A stretch of 64,000 bases of DNA from an uncultured Chloroflexia bacterium (GTDB lineage Bacteria; Chloroflexota; Dehalococcoidia; UBA2979), in contig CAVSIV010000006.1 in assembly GCA_963728205.1 (NCBI GenBank), positions 1,792,001 through 1,856,000 on the forward strand, in the 5' to 3' direction. The stretch's first letter is position 1, and the number at the start of each line of letters is the position of its first letter. The notes under the pieces were generated by a model. That model saw only the letters and a list, made by a program, of their open reading frames with translations, made no database searches and was not told where the DNA came from. The position numbers and the translations under genes are program-made. This document shows positions 51,287 to 64,000 of the stretch, one piece after another.

Positions 51287-51862
51287 GTGTTCGGACGCAG
51301 CAAGACGACCAACGACCAGCTCGTCGACGAGGCCCACCCCCAGCGTGAGGGCGCCAAGAACCGCCCCACGCCGAAGCGGCGCGACCAGGAGGCCGCCCGC
51401 AAGCAACCCCTCGTGAACGCCGACCGCAAGCAGGCCAAGCAGGTCGACAAGGCCAAGCGGGGCGAGCAGGCGGCACGCACCCGCAAGGCCATGATCACCG
51501 GCGCGGAGGCCGACCTGCCCCCGCGCGACAAGGGGCCGGTGCGACGCTACGTCCGCGACTACATCGACGCCAGGCGCAACCTCGCCGAGTTCATGCTGCC
51601 GGTGATGCTCGTCGTCCTCGCGCTCAGCTTCTTCCGCACGAGCACGATCCTGCTCATGGTCACGGCCCTGACCTACACGATCCTGGGTATCGCCATCCTC
51701 GACACCTTCCTCATGTGGCGACGGCTGAAGGGCAACCTGGACGAGAAGTTCGGCGAGGGCACCGGGAAGGGCAACGGGATGTATGCCGCGATGCGCGCCT
51801 TCCAGATGCGCCGGACGCGGATGCCCCGGCCTCAGGTGCAGCGCGGCCAGTTCCCCAGCTGA
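51287..51862 (+). CDS. DUF3043 membrane protein
   Basis: KNRPTPKRR...LPPRDKGPVRRYVRDYIDARR...RAFQMRRTRMPRP. Confidence 0.9.
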   Translation: MFGRSKTTNDQLVDEAHPQREGAKNRPTPKRRDQEAARKQPLVNADRKQAKQVDKAKRGEQAARTRKAMITGAEADLPPRDKGPVRRYVRDYIDARRNLAEFMLPVMLVVLALSFFRTSTILLMVTALTYTILGIAILDTFLMWRRLKGNLDEKFGEGTGKGNGMYAAMRAFQMRRTRMPRPQVQRGQFPS

Positions 51863-52012
51863 ACCACCCCCGGGAGCGGCGATCTCCCGCCCCACGGCCC
51901 CCAGGCGCACGCCGCGCCGGTGGACAGGTTTCGTCGATGTGGCCATGGATGCGGCACCATGGAAGCTGGTGCAGGTTGCGCCAGGAGCCACGGAAGGGTA
52001 CACGGCAGGACG

Positions 52013-53432
52013 ATGGGGACGCGCAGGAGGGTACTGCTGACCACGGCGATCGCGGTGCCGATGGTCATCGGTGCGGCCGGGGTGGCGTACGCGAACCACT
52101 ACCAGGAGCGCGCCCTGCCCGGGAGCAGCGTCGCCGGCGTGTCAGTGGCCGGAATGACCCGTGCCGACGTCACGGAGTCGGTGCGCGATCGCGCCACGGG
52201 TGTGACGATCACGGTCGACGCCGACGGCACCACGCAGACCGAGCACCTCGCCGACCTCGGCTACACGGTCGACGTCGACGCCACCGTGGACGCGGTCTTC
52301 GCCCCCAACCAGTCCTGGGCCTCCTACGCGACCTCGCTCGTCTCCTCCAACGACGTGGCCGCCGTGGTCGTGACCGACCCCACCACCGTCGACGAGGTCG
52401 CCACCGAGCTGGTCGAGCGGTCCGACAGGGTCGGCCGGAACGCCAGCGTGGGGCTCGACGCCGACACGACGTCCTTCGAGGTCACCCCGGCGGTCGCCGG
52501 CCACACGGTCGCTCCGGAGAGCTTCCAGGACGTCGTCGAGGACGCGGCCCGGACGCTGTCGCCCGCCACGGCCGACGTGACGTTCGTCGAGACCACCCCC
52601 ACGGTGACGACGGGAGCGGCCGAGAAGGTCGCCACGAAGGCCAACGCGATCGCCTCCGCCACACTCACCGTGTCCGACGGCTCAGAGAGCCACTCGCCCT
52701 CGGCGACGGTGCGTGCGTCCTGGGTGAGCGTCCCGACCACCGACGGAGTCCCGGGCAGCCCGACCCTGGATGCCGAAGAAGGTCCAGTCCTGGGTGGGCT
52801 CCCTGGCCGAGGACGCGAAGACCGAGCCACACTCCGGCCTGCGCAACGTCAGCGCCGCCGGCGCGGTGCTCAGCGTCGTCGACGAGGCCCGCGACGGACG
52901 GGTCGTGTCCAATGCCGACGCGCTCGCCACGGCGGCCACGAAGGCGCTCGCGGCCGGCAAGGACTACTCGGGCGACTTCGAGTACGACACGCTCGCCGCG
53001 ACCTGGAACCAGCGCACGGTCGCGGTCGGGGCCGAGAAGCTCGCGTATCCCGCGGCCGAGGGCGAGAAGTGGATCGACGTCGACCTCACCAAGCACACGA
53101 TGACCGCGTACGTGGGGGCCAAGGTCGTCAGGGGCCCGATCACGATGGTCGACGGGGCCGGCGAGACCCCCACCGTCGTCGGCACCTTCAAGGTCTACCT
53201 CAAGAACCCCCTGATGACGATGCGGGGTACCAACGCGGACGGCACCCCGTACGAGACCGAGGACGTGCCGTGGACCTCGTTCTTCCACCGCGGCTACGCC
53301 CTCCACGGGGCACCGTGGCGCTCCTCGTTCGGCTACTCGGCGTCACACGGGTGCATCAACCTGCCGGTGGACGTGGCGAAGTGGATCTACGACTTCGCAC
53401 CGATCGGCACCCCGGTGACCACCCACCGGTGA
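52013..53432 (+). CDS. L,D-transpeptidase with N-terminal anchor and peptidoglycan-binding region; frameshift near 52775
   Basis: WIDVDL...TPTVVGTF...YALHGAPW...SHGCINL. Confidence 0.88.
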
Positions 53433-53474
53433 GCCGCCGGCTCGTCGTTCTCCGGGTCTCGTCGTGCTCCGGGG

Positions 53475-53690
53475 CTACGTGGGCGTCTCCAGGCTCATCG
53501 GGCCGTAGACCTTCTCCCCGTCACGGTGCAGCGTGACTGCGGCCACGCCGGCATCGGACAGTTCGTGCCACACCTCGCCGAACCAGCTCTCGGCGTCGGA
53601 CTGGGTGGGGAAGGCCGTGTCGGCCAGGGGCGCGCCGCTCATCTCGGCACCCTCGCCGTCCTCGTAGGTCCAGCTCCAGGCCTCGCTCAT
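53475..53690 (-). CDS. Small conserved hypothetical protein
   Basis: WSWTYE...[17 protein letters not shown]...YGPMSL; ATGA overlap with gcvT. Confidence 0.75.
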   Translation of the reverse strand: MSEAWSWTYEDGEGAEMSGAPLADTAFPTQSDAESWFGEVWHELSDAGVAAVTLHRDGEKVYGPMSLETPT

Positions 53691-54790
53691 GACTGCCGCA
53701 CCCCCACCTCGACGAACGGAGGCTTGCTCACCGTCGCCGGCACGGCCCGCCCCCGCACGTCGACGACGACGTCGTCGCCGAGGGTGACCGAACGGTCGAG
53801 GAGGGCGAGCGCGACGCCCTGGCGACGGGTCGGGGAGAAGGTTCCCGAGGTGACCTCCCCCACCACGGCGCCCGTGGAGTCCCGGACCTCACAGTGCGGG
53901 CGTGGGATCCCGCGCCCGGTCACGACCAGCCCCCGCATCAGCCGGGTCTGCTTGGCGGCGCGCTCGGCCGTGAGGCTCTCCTTGCCCCAGAAGCTCTCCT
54001 TGTCCCAGCCGACGGCCCAGGCAGCGCCCGCCATGACGGGCGTGATGTCGAGCGACAGGTCGTTACCGTGGAGCGGGTAACCCATCTCGGTGCGCAGGGT
54101 GTCGCGCGCCCCCAGGCCGCACGGCTTGCCGTCCTGCTTGCCCACGGCTTCCACGAGGGCGTCCCAGACCGCGCCCGCGACGTCCCACGGCGGGACGATC
54201 TCGTAGCCCCGCTCCCCCGTGTAGCCCGTGCGGCAGACGATGACGGGCAGGTCGTCCCAGCTCGTCTCCACGAAGCTCATGTAGTCGTGGTCGACGGGGA
54301 GACCGAGACTGCGCAACACCTCGTCGGATCGTGGGCCCTGGACGGCGATGACGCCGTAGCGGTCGTGGAGGTTCTCCACCACGACCCCGGGGGGCGCGGC
54401 GGCCGCGAGGAGGTCGACGACCCGACCGGTGTTGGCGGCATTCGGGATGAGGAAGACGTCCTCGTCCGACCGGAGGTAGGCGATGAGGTCGTCGACGACC
54501 CCGCCGGAGTCGACGCAGCACATCGTGTACTGCGCCTGCCCCGGGCCGATCCGCCGCAGGTCGTTGGTCAGGCAGGCGTTGACGAAGTCGGCGGCGCCGG
54601 GCCCGGAGACCCGCGCCTTGCCCAGGTGGGAGACGTCGAAGATGCCGACCCGTTCCCGCACCGCCGTGTGCTCGGCGACGACACCACCCCCCGGGTACTC
54701 GATGGGCATGGACCATCCGCCGAAGTCGGCCATCTTGGCGCCGAGCGCGACGTGCCGGTCATGGAGCGGCGAGCGAAGGAGGTCGGTCAT
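53687..54790 (-). CDS. gcvT: Glycine cleavage aminomethyltransferase T
   Basis: [42 protein letters not shown]. Confidence 0.96.
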   Translation of the reverse strand: MTDLLRSPLHDRHVALGAKMADFGGWSMPIEYPGGGVVAEHTAVRERVGIFDVSHLGKARVSGPGAADFVNACLTNDLRRIGPGQAQYTMCCVDSGGVVDDLIAYLRSDEDVFLIPNAANTGRVVDLLAAAAPPGVVVENLHDRYGVIAVQGPRSDEVLRSLGLPVDHDYMSFVETSWDDLPVIVCRTGYTGERGYEIVPPWDVAGAVWDALVEAVGKQDGKPCGLGARDTLRTEMGYPLHGNDLSLDITPVMAGAAWAVGWDKESFWGKESLTAERAAKQTRLMRGLVVTGRGIPRPHCEVRDSTGAVVGEVTSGTFSPTRRQGVALALLDRSVTLGDDVVVDVRGRAVPATVSKPPFVEVGVRQS

Positions 54791-54845
54791 GCTCGGCACG
54801 TTACCGCGTGGCGGGCGCCATCGGCGCGGTCGCTAGTCTGACGCC

Positions 54846-56375
54846 ATGACCTCCTTGTCGCTCACCACCCGTACCCCTGCCGAGATCGCCGTCGAGGCCC
54901 TCGTCGTCGGCTCGGTCAGCACCCCCGACGGTCCGGACCTGGCCACCGGTCACGGACTCCCCCGCAAGGCGGTCGTGCACCTCCAGGCGGTGCTGTCCGA
55001 CCTCGACGCGACCGGGCGGGCCGACGAGGTGCTCCGCGTGGTCGCGGTGCCCGGCGTCAAGGCGACCTCCGTCGTGCTCACCGGTCTCGGTGAGGGCACC
55101 ACGACCCGTCCCTCCTACCCGCACCCCGCCCTGCGCCGCGCCGCTGGCGTGGCACTGCGCACGGTGCGCGGCAAGAAGTCCGTCGCGGTCGCGCTGCCCA
55201 CCCCCGACGTCGAGAGCCTGTCGGCGGTCGCCGACGGGGCGTACGCCGGCTGCTACGTCTACGACAAGGGCGCACCCCTGACCTTCGGCCGCCGCGGCGC
55301 GGCCAAGGGCGCGAGCTCCGTGGGCGCGGGGCCGCGCGTCGTCGTCGTCTCCGGCACGGGCCAGGGCAGGGCGGCCAAGGATGCCGTCTCCCGCGCCGCC
55401 GTCCTGGGGTCGGCCCGCGACTGGGCGCGCGATCTCGTCAACACCCCGCCCAACCTCCTCTACCCCCAGTCCTTCGCGGACAACGTCAAGAAGCGGGCGA
55501 CGGCATCGACCGCCAAGCTCACCGTGTCGGTCCTGGACGACAAGGCCCTCGGCAAGGGAGGCTTCGGCGGCATCGTCGGCGTCGGCCAGGGGTCGGCCAA
55601 CCCGCCGCGCATCGTCACGATGTCGTGGTCACCTCCGGACGCGACCGGTTCGGTCGCACTCGTCGGCAAGGGCATCACGTTCGACTCGGGGGGTCTGAAC
55701 ATCAAGCCCTCGAGCGGCATGGTGACGATGAAGTGCGACATGGCGGGCGCCGCAGCCGTCGCCGCGGCCGTGCTCGCCGCCGCGGAGCTCGACCTGCCCG
55801 TCGCGGTCACCGGCTACCTCTGCCTCGCCGAGAACATGCCGAGCGGCACCGCCCAGCGCCCGAGCGACGTCGTCGTCATGCGTGACGGCACCAGCGTCGA
55901 GATCCTGGACACCGACGCGGAGGGACGGATGGTCCTCGGCGACGGCATCTGCCTGGCGAGCGAGAAGTCCCCCGACTGGATCGTCGACATCGCGACGCTC
56001 ACGGGCGCGCAGGTGGTGGCCCTGGGCACCGACATCGCCGGGGTCATGGGCAACGACGACGACTTCCGTGGCACGGTCGTGGCAGCGGCGGACCGCGCGG
56101 GCGAGGGCGCCTGGCCCATGCCCCTCCCGGTGGAGCTGCGGGCCAAGCTCGACACCCCCACCGCCGACATCGCGCACAAGGGCGACCGCGACGGCGGCAT
56201 GCTCACCGCCGGACTCTTCCTCAAGGAGTTCGTCGGGGAAGGCATCCCCTGGGCCCACGTCGACATCGCGGGCCCGGCGTTCAACGACAAGGGAGCCAAG
56301 GGCCACCACCCCAAGGGCGGCACCGGCTTCGGTGTGGGCACGCTGGTCAGCCTCGTGGAGTCCCACACGCCCTGA
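54846..56375 (+). CDS. pepA: Leucyl aminopeptidase (M17)
   Basis: GKGITFDSGG, MKCDMAGAA, DTDAEGR, DIATLTG, HVDIAGP. Confidence 0.95.
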   Translation: MTSLSLTTRTPAEIAVEALVVGSVSTPDGPDLATGHGLPRKAVVHLQAVLSDLDATGRADEVLRVVAVPGVKATSVVLTGLGEGTTTRPSYPHPALRRAAGVALRTVRGKKSVAVALPTPDVESLSAVADGAYAGCYVYDKGAPLTFGRRGAAKGASSVGAGPRVVVVSGTGQGRAAKDAVSRAAVLGSARDWARDLVNTPPNLLYPQSFADNVKKRATASTAKLTVSVLDDKALGKGGFGGIVGVGQGSANPPRIVTMSWSPPDATGSVALVGKGITFDSGGLNIKPSSGMVTMKCDMAGAAAVAAAVLAAAELDLPVAVTGYLCLAENMPSGTAQRPSDVVVMRDGTSVEILDTDAEGRMVLGDGICLASEKSPDWIVDIATLTGAQVVALGTDIAGVMGNDDDFRGTVVAAADRAGEGAWPMPLPVELRAKLDTPTADIAHKGDRDGGMLTAGLFLKEFVGEGIPWAHVDIAGPAFNDKGAKGHHPKGGTGFGVGTLVSLVESHTP

Positions 56376-56405
56376 CCTCGGGCGCCCGGGGAAGGTCGGG
56401 AAGCG

Positions 56406-56596
56406 TCAGCCGCTCTTGCGGCGGAACATCTGCTCGCGCGCCGTGGTCTCCGGACCGTGCGCGTGGTCGACCTTCGCGTGGTCCGCGTGGTCGGACACGT
56501 CCGCTCCCCGTGGGCCTGCTTGGCATCGAGCGCGGCACGGTACTTCGCCTTGACGTCGTCGTCGACGGCGGGGCGGGGCTTCTTCGCGGCTGACAT
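56406..56596 (-). CDS. DUF5302-like small protein; frameshifted
   Basis: MSAAKK...DDVKAKYRAALDAK, then HAHGP...QMFRRKSG*. Confidence 0.7.
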
Positions 56597-56690
56597 GGTG
56601 GGTCCTTCCAGCGGGGGCATCGGTCAACCCCACCATGGCAGGCTCTCGGCTCCGCCTCCACCACGATTCCCGCGCTCCGGGGCGACCGGC

Positions 56691-58555
<1,865 letters not shown>

Positions 58556-58594
58556 AGTGATGTCCGCCACCATCGAAGAAGGAGAGCTGTCCCG

Positions 58595-60515
58595 ATGTCA
58601 GAACGCGTGAAGATGCCTGCACTCGGCGAGTCCGTCACCGAGGGGACCGTGACGCGGTGGCTCAAGAACGTGGGTGACGAGGTCGCCGTCGACGAGCCCC
58701 TGCTCGAGGTCTCGACCGACAAGGTCGACACCGAGATCCCCTCCCCCATCGCCGGGACGCTGCAGGAGATCCTCGTGGAGGAGGATGACACCGTGCCGGT
58801 CGGCGCCGACCTCGCCGTCATCGGCGACGGTGACGCCCCCGAGGGCGACTCGTCCGGGGATCAGGACGCGCAGGACGACTCGGGCTCGGCGGACGAGGCC
58901 CCGGCCTCGTCGGACGAGCCCGCCGAGGATGCTCCCGCCGACAATGCGGAGTCCGCGGACGACGACGAGGAGGACGACGGCGAAGAGGACCAGCCCGCCG
59001 AGGACGAGGGCGGCGAGGAGGACTCCGCGCCTGAACCCTCCGCCGGGGCGTCCGGCTCCGGCGACGGCACCACCGTGACGATGCCCGCCCTGGGCGAGTC
59101 GGTCACCGAGGGGACGATCACCCGTTGGCTCAAGCAGGAGGGCGACGAGGTGGCGGTCGACGAGCCCCTGCTCGAGGTCTCCACCGACAAGGTCGACACC
59201 GAGATCCCCTCCCCCGTGGCCGGCACCCTGACCTCGATCCTCGTCCAGGAGGACGAGACGGTGCCCGTCGGTGCCGACCTCGCGGTCGTGGGCGGCAGCG
59301 GCGGCGGATCCAGCCAGTCCGAGCCGGAGCAGAAGTCCGAGCCCGAGCAGAAGTCCGAGCAGAAGTCCGAGTCCGAGTCCGAGCCCGAGCCGGAGCAGGG
59401 CCGGAGCCGGAGCAGAAGTCCGAGCCCGAGCCGGAGCCGAGCAGTCCGCGGAGGCCCCGCCGCAGCAGACCGCCGACGCCGCCGCAGCCAAGGCCGACGA
59501 TGCCCCGGCAGCGGCGACCTCGACCTCCACCGCGCCCACGCCCCGGCCGAAGAACGAGAGCGGCGACGCAGCCGCGTACGTCACTCCCCTGGTGCGCAAG
59601 CTGGCAGCCGACCACGGCGTCGACCTCTCGAGCATCGAGGGCACCGGGATCGGTGGCCGGATCCGCAAGCAGGACGTCGTCGCGGCAGCCGAGGAAACCA
59701 AGGCGGCCGAGTCCGCGAAGGAGTCGGCACCGGCGTCCGCGACCGCTGCAAAGACCTCCACGTCGGGCGGAGCCTCGCGCGCCCCGGCCGAAGGGTCCAA
59801 GCGAGGCACGACCGAGAAGATGTCGCGCCTGCGCAAGACCATCGCGCGCCGGATGGTGGAGTCGCTCCAGACCTCCGCCCAGCTCACCACCGTCGTCGAG
59901 GTCGACGTCACCCGCATCGCTCGGCTGCGTGAGCGTGCCAAGGGCGAGTTCGCGGCGCGGGAGGGCACCAAGCTCAGCTTCCTGCCGTTCTTCGCCCTCG
60001 CTGCGGTCGAGGCCCTCAAGGCCCACCCCACGGTCAACGCGAGCCTCGACGAGGACGAGGTGACCTACCACGGTGCCGAACACCTCGGGATCGCCGTCGA
60101 CACCGAGAAGGGCCTTCTGGTCCCCGTGATCAGGAATGCCGGCGATCTCAACATCGCCGGCCTGGCCCGAGGGATCGCCGAGCTCGCGGACCGGACGCGC
60201 AACAACAAGATCACCCCGGACGACCTGGCGGGTGGCACGTTCACGATCACCAACACCGGGTCGCGGGGTGCACTCTTCGACACCCCGATCATCAACCAGC
60301 CCCAGGTGGCGATCCTGGGCACGGGCGCTGTCGTTCGTCGTGCCGTGGTCGTCGATGCCGAGGACGGTGGCGAGACGATCGCGATCCGCTCGATGGTCTA
60401 CCTCGCACTGTCCTACGACCACCGGATCGTCGACGGTGCGGATGCGGCCCGCTTCCTCACGACGATGAAGCAGCGCCTCGAGGAAGGGGCCTTCGAGGCG
60501 TCCCTGGGTCTCTGA
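58595..60515 (+). CDS. sucB: Dihydrolipoamide acyltransferase E2 (DlaT/SucB), two lipoyl domains; frameshift in the linker repeat
   Basis: Two [12 protein letters not shown]...[11 protein letters not shown] domains, [10 protein letters not shown] subunit-binding domain, SYDHRIVDG. Confidence 0.95.
59321..59447 (+). repeat. Degenerate 6/18-bp tandem repeat (EPEQKS) in the DlaT linker
   Basis: gagc(c/a)ggagcagaagtcc-like units repeated several times. Confidence 0.8.
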
Positions 60516-60537
60516 CCCGGGCACCTCGAGCACCGAG

Positions 60538-61491
60538 ATGGCCCATCGCATCGCCATCACCGGGTCCTCCGGCCTGATCGGCACCCCCCTCGTCGCCGCG
60601 CTCCATGAGCGTGGCGACGAGGTGGTGCGGTTCGTCCGGCGGGCCCCTTCGGCCCCGGACGAGGTCCGCTGGGACCCCGCGAGCCGCAGCCTCGGCCCCC
60701 ACGCCCTCGACGGTGTCGATGCCGTGGTGCACCTCGCCGGGGCGGGCGTCGGCGACCGGCGCTGGACGCCCTCGTACAAGCACGAGATCCTCGCCTCGCG
60801 CACCAACGGCACGACAGCCGTCGCCTCCGCGGTGGCCGAGGCGGGCCGGGAGATCAGGTTCCTGTGCGGGTCGGCTGTGGGTGTCTACGGCGACCGCGGC
60901 GATGAGGAGCTCACCGAGGACAGCCCGCCCGGAACCGGGTTCCTCGCGGACGTGGTCCTTGCGTGGGAGGCCAGCGCCCAGTCGGCGATCGACGCAGGCG
61001 CACCCGTCGCCTTCCTCCGGACGGGGCTCGTTCTGGCGCCGTCGGGCAGCCCGTCGCGAACCCTCTTCAGGCTGGACAGGTCCGGTCTCCTGCTCGACAC
61101 CGAGGGCGGGGCGGCGGGTCCCTTGGCCCGCCTGGCCCGGCTGGGTCTGGGGGGTCCGATCGGCTCGGGCCGGCAGTTCTGGCCGTGGATCACTCTCGCT
61201 GACGAGGTCGGAGCGATCCTCCACCTCCTCGACCACCCCGAGGTCACGGGTCCGGTCAACCTCACGGGCCCCCGGCCCGCACGCCAGCGCGAGGTCGCCG
61301 CAGCCCTCGGGCGGGCGATGCACCGCCCAGCGGTCCTGCCAGCCCCCGCGTTCGCCGCCCGAGTGGCCGTCGGCGAGTTCGCGGGCGAGATCCTCGGCAG
61401 CCAGCGCATCGTCGGCGACGTGCTGCGCGAGAGCGGTTTCCAGTACACCCATGGCGACCTCGAGTCCGCGGTCAGGTGGCTGGTCGGCTGA
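60538..61491 (+). CDS. TIGR01777 NAD-dependent epimerase family oxidoreductase
   Basis: TGSSGLIG, VHLAG, SAVGVYG, GSGRQFWPWI, GPVNL. Confidence 0.92.
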   Translation: MAHRIAITGSSGLIGTPLVAALHERGDEVVRFVRRAPSAPDEVRWDPASRSLGPHALDGVDAVVHLAGAGVGDRRWTPSYKHEILASRTNGTTAVASAVAEAGREIRFLCGSAVGVYGDRGDEELTEDSPPGTGFLADVVLAWEASAQSAIDAGAPVAFLRTGLVLAPSGSPSRTLFRLDRSGLLLDTEGGAAGPLARLARLGLGGPIGSGRQFWPWITLADEVGAILHLLDHPEVTGPVNLTGPRPARQREVAAALGRAMHRPAVLPAPAFAARVAVGEFAGEILGSQRIVGDVLRESGFQYTHGDLESAVRWLVG

Positions 61492-61500
61492 CGACGACGT

Positions 61501-63288
61501 TCAGCCGTCAGCCCTGAGGTCGCTCACCCGCCACCCGGCGTCGGTGCGAACCAGGTCGACGAGGACCGAGGCACCGGCACTCGGCGGCCTCTCCTCGCGG
61601 TCGCCCCGACCCGTGACGGCGTACCCGCTGGTGTCGACGCGGGCGCGGACCACAGCGCGCGAACCCTCGACCGCAACGGTGGTCGCCGCGACGACCTCGT
61701 GGTGCAGGCCGAGGTAGCGGACCCCGGAGCGTCGCAGCTCGGTGACGTCCGAGACGTCACGAGACCACGCGGCCGATCCGGGGGCGTCGACCTCGCCCAG
61801 TCGGGACGGACTGGCCGAGCGGAATGCTGCCGCTCGCGCCGCCGCCAACGCCGACACGAGCTCCGTCGGGCGGTCCGAGGGCGCGTCGGCGTCGAGTCGC
61901 GGATCGAGCGAGCGGTCGTCGAAGAGCTTCTCGGCGGGGAACGAATCGGCGGGACGCTGCCCAGCGGGCCCGGAGACCGCCGACGGGTCCAGAGCCGGCC
62001 CGCCGCGTCCTGGCCATCCCGGGGTAGTGGAACCGAGGCCGGCCACCGCCAGTGCGACCACGGCGACCGCCACGACGACGGCTCGCCCGGGAACCCGCCC
62101 GCCCGTGGCGGGCCCCCGCCGTCCCCCCGTCCGCCGTCCCGCCCCGTGTCGGGGCGTTCCGTGGGGAGACGGTCGAGGAGGCCTCGCCCTCGGCACCTCG
62201 AGGGAGCCAGGACGGGGAGTGCGGTGCCCCCTCCGCACCGCACTCCCCGCGCTGCCGAGGACTGCGGGCTCTGGCCGTGCGGGCTCCGGCCGTGCGGGCT
62301 CCGGCGCCGAGCCACGCCAGCGCCACGGGCGCAGCCAGTTCCGCGAGCCCAGCCACGGCATCCGCCCTCGCCAGGAGCGGCGACCCCGGACGGCCACGGG
62401 CTGGGTCGCCCCCGGCACGCCATCGGAGCCTGCCGCCGCCCGCAGCCGGTACGTGACGGCGCTGACGTCGTCATCGCCCTTCACGAGGTGGATCGGTCGT
62501 GGTGTCGCCGCTGAGAACAGCGCCCAGGCCAGCGCGTCGGCGTCGGGTCGCGTCGACGCGTCGGCGTCGATGGCCGAGTCCAGTGCCGCGACGAGGGCAG
62601 ACAGCTCCGGCGTCGCGGCGGCGCCGGCCACGTCGGCCAGGGCCGGGCGCAGCCCCGGAGCCCCCGGGACCGACCCGGTGAGGCACAACCACCCCAGCGC
62701 ACCGAGGGAGTAGACGTCGGCGGCGGGCGAGGGGTCCGACCCGAGGACGACCTCGGGTGCGACGTAGCCGTCCGAGCCCCAGACACCCGCCGGAGCCTCC
62801 CCGACGATCCGGCCGACCCCGAGGTCGCCGAGGTGCGGTCGACCGTCGAGGTCGAGGAGCACGTTGCCCGGTGAGACGTCGCCGTGGACCACACCGACGG
62901 CGTGCAGCCGCGCCAGTGCGGAGGCCACCGGCGCCAGCACGGTGACCACCTCACCGGGCTCGAGGTGCCCCCGGGCCTCCACGAGCGCCTCGAGGCTGCC
63001 CCCGGCCAGGTGTGGCATCACCAGGGCCACCCGTCCGCCGGGTAGCGGGAGGCAGGCCTCGATGCGCACGAGGTGCGGTGACGCCACCGCCGCCGACAGT
63101 GCCGCCTCCCGGGCTGCCGCCTGAACCTCATCGAGGTCGGCGTGCACCACCTTGAGCGCCACCCGGCGGCCGTCCGCCTCGGTGGCCGCGACCCAGACCT
63201 CACTGGTGGCCCCGTGACCGATCCGTCGACCGAGCTCGAAGCCCGGGACCATCGGGGCGCTCTCCTCGGCACCGGCTGTGGTGTGCAT
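61501..63288 (-). CDS. Non-RD Ser/Thr kinase with a TM helix and a C-terminal extracellular domain
   Basis: GHGATSEV, VALK, VHGDVSPGNV, DLG, YVAPE, DVYSLG; TM AVVVAVAVVALAVAG. Confidence 0.85.
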   Translation of the reverse strand: MHTTAGAEESAPMVPGFELGRRIGHGATSEVWVAATEADGRRVALKVVHADLDEVQAAAREAALSAAVASPHLVRIEACLPLPGGRVALVMPHLAGGSLEALVEARGHLEPGEVVTVLAPVASALARLHAVGVVHGDVSPGNVLLDLDGRPHLGDLGVGRIVGEAPAGVWGSDGYVAPEVVLGSDPSPAADVYSLGALGWLCLTGSVPGAPGLRPALADVAGAAATPELSALVAALDSAIDADASTRPDADALAWALFSAATPRPIHLVKGDDDVSAVTYRLRAAAGSDGVPGATQPVAVRGRRSWRGRMPWLGSRNWLRPWRWRGSAPEPARPEPARPEPAVLGSAGSAVRRGHRTPRPGSLEVPRARPPRPSPHGTPRHGAGRRTGGRRGPATGGRVPGRAVVVAVAVVALAVAGLGSTTPGWPGRGGPALDPSAVSGPAGQRPADSFPAEKLFDDRSLDPRLDADAPSDRPTELVSALAAARAAAFRSASPSRLGEVDAPGSAAWSRDVSDVTELRRSGVRYLGLHHEVVAATTVAVEGSRAVVRARVDTSGYAVTGRGDREERPPSAGASVLVDLVRTDAGWRVSDLRADG

Positions 63289-63391
63289 GGATCCACTCTG
63301 GCTCAGGGTCGCGCTCGGGCCATGACGTTGTCCACAGGCCCCCTGCGCTTCCTGACCACCACCGGGCCGCCGCGCGCCTAGGGTGACGTCC

Positions 63392-64000
63392 ATGGCAGCC
63401 GATGCACCGACCATCGTCGCGACCTCGGGCGGCTACCGTCCCGGCAGTCGCACCCAGCTCGAGTTCGACGCCCTCGTGCACCACGCGGTCGAGCTCTCCG
63501 GCTCGCACGGCCGCCGACCGCGGGTGACGTTCGTGGGCACGGCATCCGGCGACCCGCGGTTCATGAACTACTGGGCCCATGAGGCCGGCCGCATCGCGGG
63601 CTTCGACCTGACCTGCCTCGACCTCTTCCCGATGCCCAACCTCGACGACGTGCCCGGCCACCTCCTCACCCAGGATGTCGTGTGGGTCAACGGTGGGTCG
63701 GTCGCCAACCTCCTGGCCGTCTGGGACGTGCACGCCCTGCGACCCGCCTTTCGCGCAGCGTGGGAGGCCGGTGTCGTGCTCTCCGGGGTGTCGGCCGGGT
63801 CGATCTGCTGGTATGCCGGGGGCTGCACGGACTCCTTCGGCCCCGACCTGAGGCCGGTCACGAACGGCCTGGGCCTGTTGCCCTACGGCAACGGCGTGCA
63901 CTATGACTCCGAGGAGTCCCGTCGCCCAGCGGTCCGGGCACTCGTCGCCGACGGCACGCTGCCCGAGACGCACTGCACGGACGACGGGGTCGGGCTCGTC
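63392..64000 (+). CDS. Peptidase E (S51 family), partial
   Basis: Manual translation MAADAPTIVATSGG...GTASGD...VWVNGGSVANL...GVSAGSICW...NGVHYD; runs off the window edge. Confidence 0.9.
   Translation, partial: MAADAPTIVATSGGYRPGSRTQLEFDALVHHAVELSGSHGRRPRVTFVGTASGDPRFMNYWAHEAGRIAGFDLTCLDLFPMPNLDDVPGHLLTQDVVWVNGGSVANLLAVWDVHALRPAFRAAWEAGVVLSGVSAGSICWYAGGCTDSFGPDLRPVTNGLGLLPYGNGVHYDSEESRRPAVRALVADGTLPETHCTDDGVGLV

Noticed and set aside
58613-59290. Near-identical ~210-bp direct repeat suggesting a duplication or mobile element
   Set aside because: These are the two lipoyl domains normal for actinobacterial DlaT.

Overview
High-GC actinobacterial chromosomal segment (gene content and order suggest Micrococcales/Intrasporangiaceae; inference). 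It is syntenic with the conserved 'Rv2170-Rv2216' core region: ybaK, metF, polyprenyl synthase, Rv2175c-like, LysM-SLT, PASTA kinase, DAHP synthase, MacRS-like two-component system, plsC, glk-ArsA-SRPBCC-fadD, Rv2191-like nuclease, trpD, the ctaE-qcrCAB and ctaCDF respiratory supercomplex genes, adoK, iscA, glxK, nadA, gcvT, pepA, lpdA-dlaT and TIGR01777. I saw no rRNA, tRNA, CRISPR array or mobile element. About 20 genes, including housekeeping ones, carry single-base frameshifts that most likely reflect long-read consensus errors. Most notable observations: (1) a DUF6504 - SAV_6107-type HEPN - DnaE2-like operon behind a promoter that combines a PafBC-type motif with a LexA box embedded in a perfect 34-bp palindrome; (2) two tandem 63-bp hairpin-forming repeats read in frame inside that polymerase; (3) three more exact PafBC-type promoters, marking a small Cys4 protein, an Rv2191-like nuclease and a DinB-family protein; (4) a kinase-less four-PASTA membrane protein translationally coupled to an unknown protein; (5) a cysteine-desulfurase homologue lacking the PLP lysine, coupled to TusA.
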